Shown: positions 1 through 9,990 of the stretch, in pieces
Layout of the letters: every line of letters starts with the position of its first letter
Position numbering within the stretch: the first letter of the stretch is position 1
DNA from: Bdellovibrionales bacterium
GTDB lineage: Bacteria; Bdellovibrionota; Bdellovibrionia; Bdellovibrionales; UBA1609
NCBI GenBank assembly: GCA_028819305.1
Contig: JAPPLY010000056.1
Coordinates: forward strand, 14,800 to 78,799
DNA length: 64,000 bases
Direction of reading: 5' to 3'
Position numbers and translations under genes: made by a program
The notes under the pieces: model-generated
The model's input: the letters and a program-made list of their open reading frames with translations, nothing else
Databases searched by the model: none
Told to the model about the DNA's origin: nothing

Positions 1-187
1 TTTGTATCACAAGACAAAAGAAAGTATATAATGTATTTTACTGTGCTCAATATTTCTTCTCTCCTTTCCAGGCAGATATAGAGAGGGAATATATTAAGTT
101 TACTGACCTGGCGTGATTTTCCTTTTTCAAACAAAGGATCAAATGGGAAAAGCACATATAGTTTTATGACTCAAGAAAAGAGTTTTT

Positions 188-1228
188 TTAAGTAATAGTC
201 AATTCTCTAAGCAAGGCCAGCTGATCCAGAACCTGCCCGGAACCACGCACCACACAAGATAAAGGGCTCTCCGCGACAGAAACCGGCAAGCCGGTTTTCT
301 CTCTTAGTAAAGTATCCAAGTTATTTAATAAAGCCCCCCCCCCTGTTAGAATAACTCCATTATCCACAATATCCGCTGCTAATTCGGGAGGCGTTTTTTC
401 CAAAGCTGTTTTAACGGCATCTACTACTTCATTTAAACTATCTTTTAAAGCTTCAAAAATCTGAATATTAGTGATGGTAATTGTTTTCGGTGCCCCTATC
501 ATCATATCTCGCCCTTTAATATCCATCGTTTTTTCTTCGGACCCGGGATCTGCTGTACCGATGTTTATTTTTATATTTTCCGCTGTTCTCTCCCCTATCA
601 AAAGATTTTTCTGCCGACGGACAAAATTGATAATAGCTTCATCAAATCTATCACCGGCCACTTTAATAGATTCACAATGCACAATTCCATTAAGAGAAAT
701 AACAGCAATACCTGTTGTTCCTCCCCCAATGTCCACAATCATACTGCCCTTTGCTTCTGTAATAGGAAGACCCGCCCCTATAGCTGCCGCCATAGGTTCT
801 TCAATTAGATATACCTCTCGCGCCCCGGCTGAATAAGCCGACTCTTTTACCGCTTTCTTTTCCACTTGGGTAATTCCAAAAGGGACACAAATGATAATAC
901 GAGGACGAATTAAGCGACGAGAGGGAGTAGAAGAGCGGGTAATAAAATATTTAAGCATTTTTTGAGTAATTTCAAAATTAGCTATAACCCCATCTTTAAT
1001 AGGACGAATAGCTTTTATACTCCCAGGAGTGCGACCTAACATAAATTTAGCTTCCCTGCCCACTGCTAAAACTTCATCTTCTCCTCTAACCGTCTTTTTT
1101 ACTGCCACCACAGATGGCTCATTTAAAATAATACCTTGCCCTTTCGCATAAACCAAAGTGTTAGCCGTGCCCAAATCAATAGCTAGATCCTGCGAAAAAT
1201 ATTCATATACTCTATTAAAGAAATTCAT
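188..1228 (-). CDS. mreB: Rod-shape-determining actin-like protein MreB
   Basis: 346-aa ORF with actin-fold motifs DLGTANT, DIGGGTT and TGGGALL; full length for MreB. Confidence 0.92.
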   Translation of the reverse strand: MNFFNRVYEYFSQDLAIDLGTANTLVYAKGQGIILNEPSVVAVKKTVRGEDEVLAVGREAKFMLGRTPGSIKAIRPIKDGVIANFEITQKMLKYFITRSSTPSRRLIRPRIIICVPFGITQVEKKAVKESAYSAGAREVYLIEEPMAAAIGAGLPITEAKGSMIVDIGGGTTGIAVISLNGIVHCESIKVAGDRFDEAIINFVRRQKNLLIGERTAENIKINIGTADPGSEEKTMDIKGRDMMIGAPKTITITNIQIFEALKDSLNEVVDAVKTALEKTPPELAADIVDNGVILTGGGALLNNLDTLLREKTGLPVSVAESPLSCVVRGSGQVLDQLALLRELTIT

Positions 1229-1512
1229 ACTTCAACCTTTTATAAAAACTAAAAATACTAAGGGTTTAATCCCTCTTTACTATCTTCCCCTATTTATTTT
1301 TTACCTGTTTTACACTAAAAAGTCTAATTCTTAAAAATTGATATCTTATCTATTGATGATTCATACTATATAACGAAAGTCTTTCTTCTCAGAAGCGAGA
1401 TCCAAGGAAACTTAAAAGGAGGATAAAAAAATTAAGAAAAAAACTCACTTTTTTCCATTTACCCATTTTACTTTAAATTTATGCAGTGCATCTTTTGGAG
1501 ATCAAAAAATCT

Positions 1513-1566
1513 ATACCTCTCCGGTATGGAAATGGCAAACTCCGAGTCCCTCCCCAGAAAAAGCTT
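1513..1566 (-). repeat. Intergenic repeat copy g (spacer upstream of mreB)
   Basis: ATACC-TCTCC-GGTAT hairpin, then GGAAATGG...CTCCGAG...AAGCTT; same part order and orientation as copies a, c and e. Confidence 0.55.
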
Positions 1567-1599
1567 GCAGACACTACAAAAGGCAAAAAATATATATCC

Positions 1600-2217
1600 T
1601 CACTGATTCACTTGAAAGTACTCTAAGGGAATATTTTGATTAAACTGAATATTAGAAAAAGTATATTTCTCTTCATTTCCCAAGTTTTTCCATTTAATCC
1701 AGGCTGTCAAAATTCTTGTTCCATCCACTTTTACAGAAAAAGATTGAACTTCAGAGTGATTGTGAACAGGTTCAAAGCTTAAAATCCATGTTCTCCCCTT
1801 AGGGCGAGAAAGTACAAGCCGAAAATTTTGAAATAATAAATCAGGGCGAAACAAAAAAGAAAGCAGTCCTCTACTTTTAGGAGAGGTCTGCGCATCCCAC
1901 TCCAAAATTTGTCTTTTTTCTCCTAATGGCGAAGTGATGTACCATAAACGTTTTCCATTAAAGATAATTTTAGTTTTTAAAGGATCTGCCATTTTTAATA
2001 GAACAGAACCTTTAGAAAGAAAAACCTCTCCTTCCGTAGTTTTTGTTTTATGAAGTAGTTTCAAGTAGGTCTTTTTCTCAAAACGCATCTTTACACCCGA
2101 GTTTTTCACATACCCTTGAATAAGGCTCTTAAAATCAGGAAAAGAAAGAGAAAAGGAAGCAGTACTAAAAAGCCCTACACTGAAAAGCCCTATATAAAAG
2201 TAATAAATCCATTTCAT
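1600..2217 (-). CDS. LolA-like periplasmic lipoprotein carrier (tentative)
   Basis: 205-aa ORF with N-terminal signal peptide; size and beta-rich pattern resemble the LolA family; by-eye only. Confidence 0.45.
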   Translation of the reverse strand: MKWIYYFYIGLFSVGLFSTASFSLSFPDFKSLIQGYVKNSGVKMRFEKKTYLKLLHKTKTTEGEVFLSKGSVLLKMADPLKTKIIFNGKRLWYITSPLGEKRQILEWDAQTSPKSRGLLSFLFRPDLLFQNFRLVLSRPKGRTWILSFEPVHNHSEVQSFSVKVDGTRILTAWIKWKNLGNEEKYTFSNIQFNQNIPLEYFQVNQ

Positions 2218-2273
2218 TTTTTTCCTCTTTCTAAAACTTTAAAGCTCATAGAGGGTTTTATTTTTTCATCCTC

Positions 2274-3071
2274 TTAACCAAGAAGATCAGAACGCCAAGC
2301 TAAAGTAAAAATAACAAAATATCTCGGTTTTTTCAAAGCCTGCCAAGCGGCTCTAGCGGTAGCCCCTGTAGTCAATATATCATCCACAAAAATAATTTTC
2401 TTTTTTTGGAAAAAATCCTTATTTATACTGATCTGAGTTGATTCCCGCGTTCCTGCTGCGGAAGAGGAAAACAGGCCCCGGGTGTGTGGTTTTTGTAAGC
2501 TTTTTTTGAGGAAGGAAGGAAACTCGGAGTTTGCCATTTCCAGACCGGAGAGGTCTATATGAAAATGAATTTCTTTTCTTTCCTGTCGGTTTTTTTGTTT
2601 TTGAAAAGCCTTTTTTTCAACAAAATCACCCCTTCTAAGCGGATTAAATAAATGAAGGCCCATTAAACGAGAAAAAGAAAGCGCGAGGCTAAATGCGTGG
2701 TCAGAAGAAGGCTTATAAGAGCGAGTGGGAGCTGGCACTAAAACCGCCTCCAGAGGAATAGGGTACTTTTGAACAATACGATGTACATACTCTAAAATAA
2801 TTTTATTAAAAACATCTCCTGGACCTCCTTTTTTTAAACTTTTTAAAAAAAGCCGAATAAAAAAATCATTTTCTCTGTTCCAATCAAAAAGCCGGATATG
2901 AGTCCAGCCATCCTGTTCGCGAATTATGTCTTCAGGACTTAAATAAAAGCTCCTTAACTTTTTCCAACAATCGGAACATAACCAATAGACAGGAGGCGCG
3001 GTTAAGCGACAAATACAACAGCTTCTAAACCAGTTCCCTAACCTTAATTTATTTTGCCAAAGATTTTTCAT
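2274..3071 (-). CDS. comF: ComF-family phosphoribosyltransferase
   Basis: N-terminal Cys pairs (CCICR...CSDCW) and C-terminal PRTase motif IIFVDDILTTGATA. Confidence 0.7.
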   Translation of the reverse strand: MKNLWQNKLRLGNWFRSCCICRLTAPPVYWLCSDCWKKLRSFYLSPEDIIREQDGWTHIRLFDWNRENDFFIRLFLKSLKKGGPGDVFNKIILEYVHRIVQKYPIPLEAVLVPAPTRSYKPSSDHAFSLALSFSRLMGLHLFNPLRRGDFVEKKAFQKQKNRQERKEIHFHIDLSGLEMANSEFPSFLKKSLQKPHTRGLFSSSAAGTRESTQISINKDFFQKKKIIFVDDILTTGATARAAWQALKKPRYFVIFTLAWRSDLLG

Positions 3072-3171
3072 CTCTATTAAATATAAGCAAAAATCATACC
3101 ACCGATAACAGGCTGGCCAAGGGCTTTTTTTCGATCAGATATAATGATATTCTTTCCGCTTGAATTTCTAT

Positions 3172-4257
3172 CTAAACTAGAAAGTCCTGAACCATAGCCT
3201 CTTTCCATAAATCTTCAAGACGATAATACTCCCTAGTATAATCATAAAAAATATGAACCACCAAAGCTCCATAATCTAAAACAATCCACTCTCCACTTGC
3301 CTGTCCTTCCATTTGATCGGCAAAAACAGAAAATTCTTTTTTCACCTGTCTGCGTAAAAAATCAGCCATAACTTTAGTATGCCGTGTATTCAAACCAGAA
3401 ACCACTAATGTAAAATCAAAGGGCAAAGAAGAGGAGCTTCTTAAATCAAAGGTTTTTATTTTTCGCGCTTTTTTGTCCAGTAAAGTACGTACACAAAACT
3501 TTATTAACCCTGGTATATCCTGAGCTTTTTTAGGAAAAGGAGGGGCCTCATAGAGATTATTTTTTCGAATCCATTGATTCACAGCCGGAGGAACTAAATG
3601 AGCAATAGCCTCCCCCTGCCGAATACGTTGACGAATTTGGGAAGACGCTATGTCCATATCATTCAAAGTTAAATAATAAATACTTTTTCCAGATTTTAAA
3701 TGAGCCTTATATTTTATCTGTTTTTTTTGAAAAAGACTCTCATGGAGAAAAAAATCGCTATCTCTTTTTCCTCCCTCTTCTTTTCCCTTTCTCAAGGCAG
3801 AAGGAAGGAGAGAAGGACTCCATTCATATCCTCCTCTGCTACAAACTATTAAATGCGCCTTCTCAATAAGAGTTTTAAAATCCTTCCATTTATCAAACTG
3901 CATTAATTGATCTAAACCTATAATTAAAAATAATTCTTTATTGGAAACTTCTTCTTTTTCCATGGCCTTAATCGTATCAATAGTATAACTGACACCCTTT
4001 CTTTTTATCTCTTGATCATCTACTTCTACAAAGGGATAATCTTTAAGCACCTTACGAAGAAGAGCCAGGCGCTTTTGGGGAGAAACTTCTGGAAAGCGGG
4101 AAGCCAAAGGACTTTGCCAATTAGGTATCACCTTTATTAAATCAAACTCAAAATTCTCTTGTACCTGAGTTAATAAATTCAAGTGTCCCAAATGCAAAGG
4201 ATTAAAAGAGGAGCCAAAGACCCCTATTTTAAAATTATTTTTATTTAATGTATCCAT
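3172..4257 (-). CDS. nadD: Fusion of nicotinate-nucleotide adenylyltransferase NadD and ribosome silencing factor RsfS
   Basis: N-terminal GVFGSSFNPLHLGH nucleotidyltransferase motif and ISSSQIR-like DIASSQIRQRI; C-terminal ~110 aa matches the RsfS/iojap pattern (DFTLVVSG...WIVLDYGALVVHIF...YYRLEDLW); single uninterrupted 361-aa ORF. Confidence 0.8.
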   Translation of the reverse strand: MDTLNKNNFKIGVFGSSFNPLHLGHLNLLTQVQENFEFDLIKVIPNWQSPLASRFPEVSPQKRLALLRKVLKDYPFVEVDDQEIKRKGVSYTIDTIKAMEKEEVSNKELFLIIGLDQLMQFDKWKDFKTLIEKAHLIVCSRGGYEWSPSLLPSALRKGKEEGGKRDSDFFLHESLFQKKQIKYKAHLKSGKSIYYLTLNDMDIASSQIRQRIRQGEAIAHLVPPAVNQWIRKNNLYEAPPFPKKAQDIPGLIKFCVRTLLDKKARKIKTFDLRSSSSLPFDFTLVVSGLNTRHTKVMADFLRRQVKKEFSVFADQMEGQASGEWIVLDYGALVVHIFYDYTREYYRLEDLWKEAMVQDFLV

Positions 4258-4343
4258 TAAGTTCCTTAGTTTATACTTAGTTGATTCTAAGTAGTGACTA
4301 GACTACTCCCGTCCCGTGAAAGGAGGAGCTTATTAGCCCTTTG

Positions 4344-5297
4344 TTATATTTCTATTTTTTTTAAAACTTCATCCATAAAAGGCTTATATCCACTTACTAA
4401 GCCTTTTTTTACAAAATAAAACAGGCTTATTTTACTTTTATGAAAGAGTTTTTCCTTTTCCTTATATAAAGAGGTATCTCCTCCCGTTAAAAGCACAAAG
4501 AAAGGTTTTTGAGTTAAATAACTACCTTGCTTTTGATCATAGGATAAAAGTTCTTTTCTCAAATTCTGATAGGAACAAAAAGGATCTTTATCCATCAAAG
4601 ATACAACAAAGGTAATGACTTTTGCTCTTTCCGCTTGCTTTAAAAACCTTCTGGTAGAGGAACTCAAGCCCGGTAGATCTACAACTAAGATGGGAGCCGA
4701 AAACGGGATGGGCTTTATAGAGAAAAGACGAGGGTAGGAAGAAGGATAAATTTTTGATTCCTGCTGGCTAAGATCCAAAGCAAAAGAAGTTTTTCCTGAA
4801 CCTCTAAAGCCAACTAAGCAAATATCGCTCACCCATTTTAACTGTAAAATGACCTCTTTTTTTACAGACGGCTTTCCTGATTGAGCTATTTGAGGAGCTT
4901 GAAGGGAAGCTCTTTTAAAAAAAGCATTTCCTTTACCTCCTTTACCTCCTTTTAAAAAGCACCAGTCTTTCGTCTTCAATTCTTTCAATAACCGAGCTTT
5001 AGAATCATAACATATCGTCCCCTTCGGGACAGACAGAACCAAGCTTTTTCCTTTCGCACCTTTTTTTTTTCTTCCTGCTCCCGGATGACCATCTTCGGCT
5101 TTATAAAGCCGCTTTCTCACTAGGTGAGAGAGATCTTTTAAAGCTGGCTGAACAGATAAAATAATATCTCCCCCTTTGCCCCCATTTCCTCCATCCGGTC
5201 CACCTCTAGGAGATCGGCGCGTCTTCTGAAAGTGAACAGCTCCTTTACCTCCACGACCGCTCACCAATGTAACTTGAACATGATCTACAAAACTCAT
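4344..5297 (-). CDS. obg: Obg-family GTPase with a divergent G domain
   Basis: N-terminal Obg fold with Gly-rich GGxGGxGG stretches; G1 GFRGSGKTS and G3 DLPG present, G2 and G4 not recognisable. Confidence 0.75.
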   Translation of the reverse strand: MSFVDHVQVTLVSGRGGKGAVHFQKTRRSPRGGPDGGNGGKGGDIILSVQPALKDLSHLVRKRLYKAEDGHPGAGRKKKGAKGKSLVLSVPKGTICYDSKARLLKELKTKDWCFLKGGKGGKGNAFFKRASLQAPQIAQSGKPSVKKEVILQLKWVSDICLVGFRGSGKTSFALDLSQQESKIYPSSYPRLFSIKPIPFSAPILVVDLPGLSSSTRRFLKQAERAKVITFVVSLMDKDPFCSYQNLRKELLSYDQKQGSYLTQKPFFVLLTGGDTSLYKEKEKLFHKSKISLFYFVKKGLVSGYKPFMDEVLKKIEI

Positions 5298-5497
5298 ATT
5301 GTAAAACTATCCTGATTTTTTCCAAAATCTAAAAGATTTTATTTTTTTCTACTCCCGTCTCAAGAAAAAAAACCTTGTTTATTAAAGAAGGCCATAAATA
5401 TTCTGATCAAAAATCTTTCAAAATAGCCTCTTTTTTCTTATTAAACGCCATAACAAAAAAAAGGGAGGGGATATTTATGAACTGTTTTATTATTGAT

Positions 5498-5767
5498 CTA
5501 AAGGGAAGAAGAAGGGATGGGAAAAACACTGATCTTTTGTCTTTTCTTTCCCAGACGTTCAAATTGAACCTGTCCCTTAACCCGGGCATAAATAGTAAAG
5601 TCCTTACCCATACCAACACCTATACCCGGATAAAAACAAGTACCTCTTTGCCGAATGAGAATTGTTCCTGGAAGAACACTTTGTCCTGAAAAACGTTTAA
5701 CTCCTAGTCTTTTACTCTGAGAATCTCTTCCATTTCTAGTACTGCCCGAAGCTTTTTTAGAAGCCAT
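5498..5767 (-). CDS. rpmA: 50S ribosomal protein L27
   Basis: 89-aa ORF starting [24 protein letters not shown], typical L27 N-terminus. Confidence 0.92.
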   Translation of the reverse strand: MASKKASGSTRNGRDSQSKRLGVKRFSGQSVLPGTILIRQRGTCFYPGIGVGMGKDFTIYARVKGQVQFERLGKKRQKISVFPIPSSSL

Positions 5768-5770
5768 AAT

Positions 5771-6181
5771 TTACTCCTTCTGTTTATCTTCCTTTATTTT
5801 TTCCCCTGATTTTTCTGTTGTGGCTTTCGAAGAAATAGAATATTTTTTCTTTAACCATTTTCCAGATGGACTACAAAGAGCTTCTATATAAACTTCTGTA
5901 AACTCCTGCCGATGTCCTTTTGTGCGACGATAACCTTTTCTCCTGTTCTTCTTGAAAACCAGAACTTTCTTACTTTTTCCATGCCGTATGATTCTAGCCT
6001 GAACTTCCGCGGTCTTAATATAAGGTTGCCCCGACACAAGATGACCATCTTCTTCTTGAAAGAGGAGCACTTGTTGACACTTCCAGTTTTGACCGGGGCG
6101 GAGCTGCAATTTTTCCAACTTCAAAAACTGGCCCAAATGGACTTTATACTGATGTACCCCTTTTTGTATTACCGCATACAT
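5771..6181 (-). CDS. rplU: 50S ribosomal protein L21 with Lys-rich C-terminal extension
   Basis: Starts MYAVIQKGVHQYKV, typical L21; directly upstream of rpmA (conserved rplU-rpmA-obg order). Confidence 0.9.
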   Translation of the reverse strand: MYAVIQKGVHQYKVHLGQFLKLEKLQLRPGQNWKCQQVLLFQEEDGHLVSGQPYIKTAEVQARIIRHGKSKKVLVFKKNRRKGYRRTKGHRQEFTEVYIEALCSPSGKWLKKKYSISSKATTEKSGEKIKEDKQKE

Positions 6182-6446
6182 AAATAATAACCTTTTATCG
6201 TATTATTCCTTTTCTTACTCTTAAGTAAAGAAGAGAGAATAACACCCAATGAGAGATTTTTCTTCTTTTTTTGACATTCCGGCAGGCTGCACCTTCGTCT
6301 TTTATAAGACAGTGAGGTCTTCCCTATTTTAGATACTTCGCATAATATTCTCTTTCTTGTCAATAGTTAGTCGGTGCTGAAAAAATTTTCTTGTAATAAG
6401 ATTCTGCTCCAAATGAAAAGCTTTAAAACTCCCGAAATCTCTGTTT

Positions 6447-7976
6447 CTACCAGCTGATCGGCTTCTTCACATAAGAGAGTCCATTACAATGAGGACAGGG
6501 TTCACAAAGTGTTTCTAACAAAGAAGAGCGGGTTCTTTTTCTTGTGATCTGAACCACTCCCAATTCCGACATAGGAAAGAGGCGCGTGGAAGAGCGATCT
6601 TTTTGAAATTCCTGGGATAAACATTCCATCACAGCTTGCCGAGATCGTTCCAGCTCCATATCAATAAAATCAATAAAAATGATTCCTCCACAGTTTCTCA
6701 GTCGCATTTGAATGGCGATTTCTTTTGCCGCCTCTAAATTAATTTTTAAAATAGTTTCCTCTGGGTTCTTTTTTCCCATAAAACGTCCTGTATTCACATC
6801 TACAACCACCGCCGCTTCTGTTTCTTCAATAACAAGAAAACCACCAGACTTTAAGTCCACTTTTTTATTCAATAAAAGCCCCAGTTTTGATTCTAAGGAA
6901 TATTGGTTAAAGAGAGATAGCCCCTCCTTCTCTGTGTTGTAAAAAGAAATTTTATGTCTTTCCTTCGGTATTTCCCGATCGACAAATTGTTGAATATGGT
7001 CCCCGAGTTTTTCATCATCCACTAAGACCTTTTCTACATCCTCTGTTAAAAAATCTCTTAACACCTGAGAGGGAAAAGAAACGTCAGACCAAACCAAGCC
7101 GGGAGAGGGGAGAGAGTGGTATTTTTCCCGAACATGATGCCATACGCTTTGTAAGTGTTCCCCATCTTTTATTAAGTCCTCCGGCCGGGCTTCCCTGGCT
7201 CTGGTCCTAATCACAAAAGAGGATTTCTGATTCCATTCTCGGACATAACGAATCAATTCTTCTTTTAACTTTTCATCTTCAATTTGTTTAGAAGCTCCAA
7301 TATAAAAAAGGACCTTAGGTAAATAAACCAAATACGGCCCCGGCAAACTAATTTTATCACTGACCCGCACATTTTTAGTTTTTAAAGGGTCTTTTATGAC
7401 CTGAACCATAAGGGTTTGGCCTTTCTTCAGTCGCTTTAAGCAAGCTTCTCTCCCTCCAGTATCTTGAAATATTTCTCTTTTCGGAGGGTTTTGCTCGGCA
7501 TGCTCCTCAAAAAACTCATGTTTTTTTGCCCCCTTTTCCCGTGCCATCTGTCGTTCTGGCGAACAAAGGTTCCTGCTAAGGTAAAGAAAGGCGGACTTTC
7601 CTGAACCTATATCTACAAAACAAACATTTAAACCTTCTTGTTTTTTTATGACACGAGCTTTATATATAGATCCCACTTGAGAAGGAACATTTAAGCATTC
7701 TAAATGAAAATGAGATAACACTCCTTGTTGTAGTTGAGCAATACGAGTGTAAGAAATACTCTTATTAATTAAAATAAGATTCTTTTTATGTTTTTGAGTT
7801 AATTTGGTTTTTTTCACTTTCTTCCTTATATTGATTTTGTATGATTCCCGCCCCTGGTGAGGACAAACTTTGTGGTTTCTATAAACTTCTTCCCAAGGAC
7901 AAGCAAGTTCGTTCAGAGGGGAAGGACCAGTCCCCTTAAAAACAGGGATTCTGGACTGATTTGATATAAGAGTCAA
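6447..7976 (-). CDS. rng: Ribonuclease E/G family endoribonuclease
   Basis: S1-like domain (GSIYKARV...FVDIG), catalytic core, C-terminal Zn-link-like CPHCNG. The ORF opens at TTG and the first ~65 aa are not RNase G-like, so the true start is uncertain. Confidence 0.8.
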   Translation of the reverse strand: MTLISNQSRIPVFKGTGPSPLNELACPWEEVYRNHKVCPHQGRESYKINIRKKVKKTKLTQKHKKNLILINKSISYTRIAQLQQGVLSHFHLECLNVPSQVGSIYKARVIKKQEGLNVCFVDIGSGKSAFLYLSRNLCSPERQMAREKGAKKHEFFEEHAEQNPPKREIFQDTGGREACLKRLKKGQTLMVQVIKDPLKTKNVRVSDKISLPGPYLVYLPKVLFYIGASKQIEDEKLKEELIRYVREWNQKSSFVIRTRAREARPEDLIKDGEHLQSVWHHVREKYHSLPSPGLVWSDVSFPSQVLRDFLTEDVEKVLVDDEKLGDHIQQFVDREIPKERHKISFYNTEKEGLSLFNQYSLESKLGLLLNKKVDLKSGGFLVIEETEAAVVVDVNTGRFMGKKNPEETILKINLEAAKEIAIQMRLRNCGGIIFIDFIDMELERSRQAVMECLSQEFQKDRSSTRLFPMSELGVVQITRKRTRSSLLETLCEPCPHCNGLSYVKKPISW

Positions 7977-8219
7977 AAAAAACCTTATTTTTAATAAGCG
8001 CTATCATCTACTGTTTTTTTGTCACGCAGAACAAAAAATTATCATCTCTTAGTAAAAATTAAAGAATTATATATAAAGGAAAGGTCTCTAAGTAAATAAA
8101 ATTATTTAATTATTCTTTAAAATGTAAAAAGAAGGAAAAATGTTTCATCTTATACTAGTCGTGTTTGAGTTTTCTTGTTAATTTTCTATTTATCTAAAGG
8201 TTAAAACTCCTGAAAAGTC

Positions 8220-8268
8220 GGAAAAGCTGGTCCCCGTGGAAATGGGGATCAAAGCCTTTGGCTTTGAT
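8220..8268 (+). repeat. Intergenic repeat copy f: 30-mer GGAAAAGCTGGTCCCCGTGGAAATGGGGAT followed by a 9-bp-stem hairpin
   Basis: 27/30 identical to the reverse complement of 44901-44930; hairpin ATCAAAGCC-TTT-GGCTTTGAT at 8248-8268; lies 48 nt upstream of the pccB-like start and in the same sense. Confidence 0.7.
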
Positions 8269-8315
8269 GCAGGCAAAACACCTTTTTCGCTTAAACACTG
8301 TAAAAAGGACATTTC

Positions 8316-9935
8316 GTGAAAACAAAAATAGAGAGAGTTTCTTCCTCCCCCGCACCTGAAAAAAAAACGAACATCCAGGCAGCTCCTCCTCCGCTCACTC
8401 CCACTTATCAAAAATTAAAAGAGCTAAGGAAAAAAAATAAAGCCGCTTTAAACAATTCAGGGAAAGAACAAATCCGAGGAAGCTGTCTTACGGCCCGGGA
8501 ACGTTTAAACTTATTACTAGACCCAGGTAGCTTTACGGAACTAGACCGTTTTATTATACATCGTTCCTCTTATTTTGATATGCAAAAAAAACAAATCCCG
8601 GGGGATGGAGTTATAACTGGGTATGGAAAAATAAATCGTCGAAAAGTTTTTGTCTATAGTCAGGATTTCACTGTTTTTGGTGGAAGTATGTCACGCACTC
8701 AAGCTAATAAAATTCTAAAAATAATGAACCTAGCTCTTAAAAATGGAGCACCTATTATTGGACTTAAAGACTCAGGAGGAGCCCGTATTCAAGAAGGTGT
8801 AGCCGCTTTAGGAGGATATGGAGATATTATGCGTTTAAATGTGCGTCTTTCCGGGGTAGTGCCACAAATTAGCGCCATCATGGGACCTTGTGCGGGAGGA
8901 GCGGTCTATTCTCCGGCTTTAGCCGACTTTATATTTATGGTGGATAACTCCAGCTATATGTTCTTAACAGGCCCTGAAGTTATTAAAGCTGTCACTCATG
9001 AAGAAATTAGTAAAGAAGATCTGGGCGGGGCAAAAACACATACGGAAAAGTCAGGTATAGCTCACTTTGCCTGTCAAAATGACAAACAGTGTTTAATGAT
9101 GATCCGCACTCTCTTAAGTTTTTTGCCAGATAATAATTTAGATGACCCTTTTCATCAGGAAAGCAAAGATCCTGTGGAAAGACGCTCCGAAATCTTAAAC
9201 CAGATTATTCCAGATCAACCAAAGAAACCTTATGATATGAAAGCCGTCATTAAAGAAGTAATAGATGATTCTTTCTTCTTAGAACTAAAAGAAAAATTTG
9301 CTCCCAATATTATTACCGGATTTGCCCGTTTAAATGGTCATAGTGTAGGTATTGTGGCTAATCAACCTCAAGTGCTCGCTGGATGTATTAATATTGCTGC
9401 CAGTCAGAAAGCAGCTCGTTTTATCCGTCTGTGTGATTGCTTTAACATCCCTATCATCAGCTTTGTAGATGTGCCGGGGTTTTTACCTGGCACAGACCAA
9501 GAACATGGAGCTGTTATCTCCCATGGAGCTAAACTTCTTTATGCTTATGCAGAAGCATCTGTACCTAAAATCACTCTCATCACACGAAAAGCTTACGGGG
9601 GAGCTTATATAGTTATGGGGTCCAAGCATTTAGGGGGAGATCTTAATTTCGCCTATCCCAGTGCAGAAATTGCCGTTATGGGAGCAGAAGGAGCTGTTAA
9701 CATCATCGCCAGGAAACAAATAAAACAAGCTTCTGACCCGGAAAAAGAAAGAATAAAGCAAACAAAAAAATATGAAATGATTTTTAATAATCCTTATAGA
9801 GCGGCGGAACTAGGCTACATTGATGCTGTTATTGAACCTTCCCAAACCAGAGAACATATAATAGGAGCCTTAGAGATTCTACAAAATAAAAGAGAAAAAA
9901 TGGCAGAAAAAAAACACGGTAATATTCCTTTATAA
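8316..9935 (+). CDS. pccB: Acyl-CoA carboxylase carboxyltransferase subunit (propionyl-CoA carboxylase beta / methylmalonyl-CoA carboxyltransferase family)
   Basis: 539-aa ORF (GTG start) with both carboxyltransferase halves, e.g. GGARIQEG and GPCAGGAVYSPA. Confidence 0.85.
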   Translation: MKTKIERVSSSPAPEKKTNIQAAPPPLTPTYQKLKELRKKNKAALNNSGKEQIRGSCLTARERLNLLLDPGSFTELDRFIIHRSSYFDMQKKQIPGDGVITGYGKINRRKVFVYSQDFTVFGGSMSRTQANKILKIMNLALKNGAPIIGLKDSGGARIQEGVAALGGYGDIMRLNVRLSGVVPQISAIMGPCAGGAVYSPALADFIFMVDNSSYMFLTGPEVIKAVTHEEISKEDLGGAKTHTEKSGIAHFACQNDKQCLMMIRTLLSFLPDNNLDDPFHQESKDPVERRSEILNQIIPDQPKKPYDMKAVIKEVIDDSFFLELKEKFAPNIITGFARLNGHSVGIVANQPQVLAGCINIAASQKAARFIRLCDCFNIPIISFVDVPGFLPGTDQEHGAVISHGAKLLYAYAEASVPKITLITRKAYGGAYIVMGSKHLGGDLNFAYPSAEIAVMGAEGAVNIIARKQIKQASDPEKERIKQTKKYEMIFNNPYRAAELGYIDAVIEPSQTREHIIGALEILQNKREKMAEKKHGNIPL

Positions 9936-9990
9936 CTATATAAAAGAAAAGGAAACCAAAGGGAGAGGGTATCGCTCTTGGTTAAAAAAT

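Noticed and set aside
471-836. Antisense or overlapping ORFs inside conserved genes (for example 471-836, 5375-5689, 5407-5619, 5912-6187, 6712-6942, 10762-10950, 22721-22903, 23203-23523, 28948-29238, 30050-30250, 42527-43406, 45889-46201, 48156-48446)
   Set aside because: Each lies wholly within a strongly supported gene on the other strand or in another frame. They have low-complexity composition and no motifs, as expected for chance ORFs in AT-rich DNA.
1413-1640. SD-like AAAGGAGG at about 1415 followed by an open frame on the + strand in the spacer upstream of mreB
   Set aside because: No ATG, GTG or TTG start lies at a suitable distance (only ATT). The frame runs through repeat copy g and into the antisense of the LolA-like gene, so it is likely non-coding.
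4303-5359. Shared 11-mer CTACTCCCGTC about 50 nt upstream of both the nadD-rsfS (4303-4313) and obg (5349-5359) start codons
   Set aside because: Exact 11-12-mers are expected to recur by chance many times in 64 kb, and there is no extended flanking similarity. The similar position is intriguing but the evidence is insufficient.
6169-6363. 64-aa Lys/Arg-rich ORF upstream of rplU, and the possibility of an L21-leader type regulatory RNA in the 265-bp spacer
   Set aside because: The ORF has no SD or recognisable features. I could not identify a convincing conserved leader structure or promoter by eye, so it is left unannotated.
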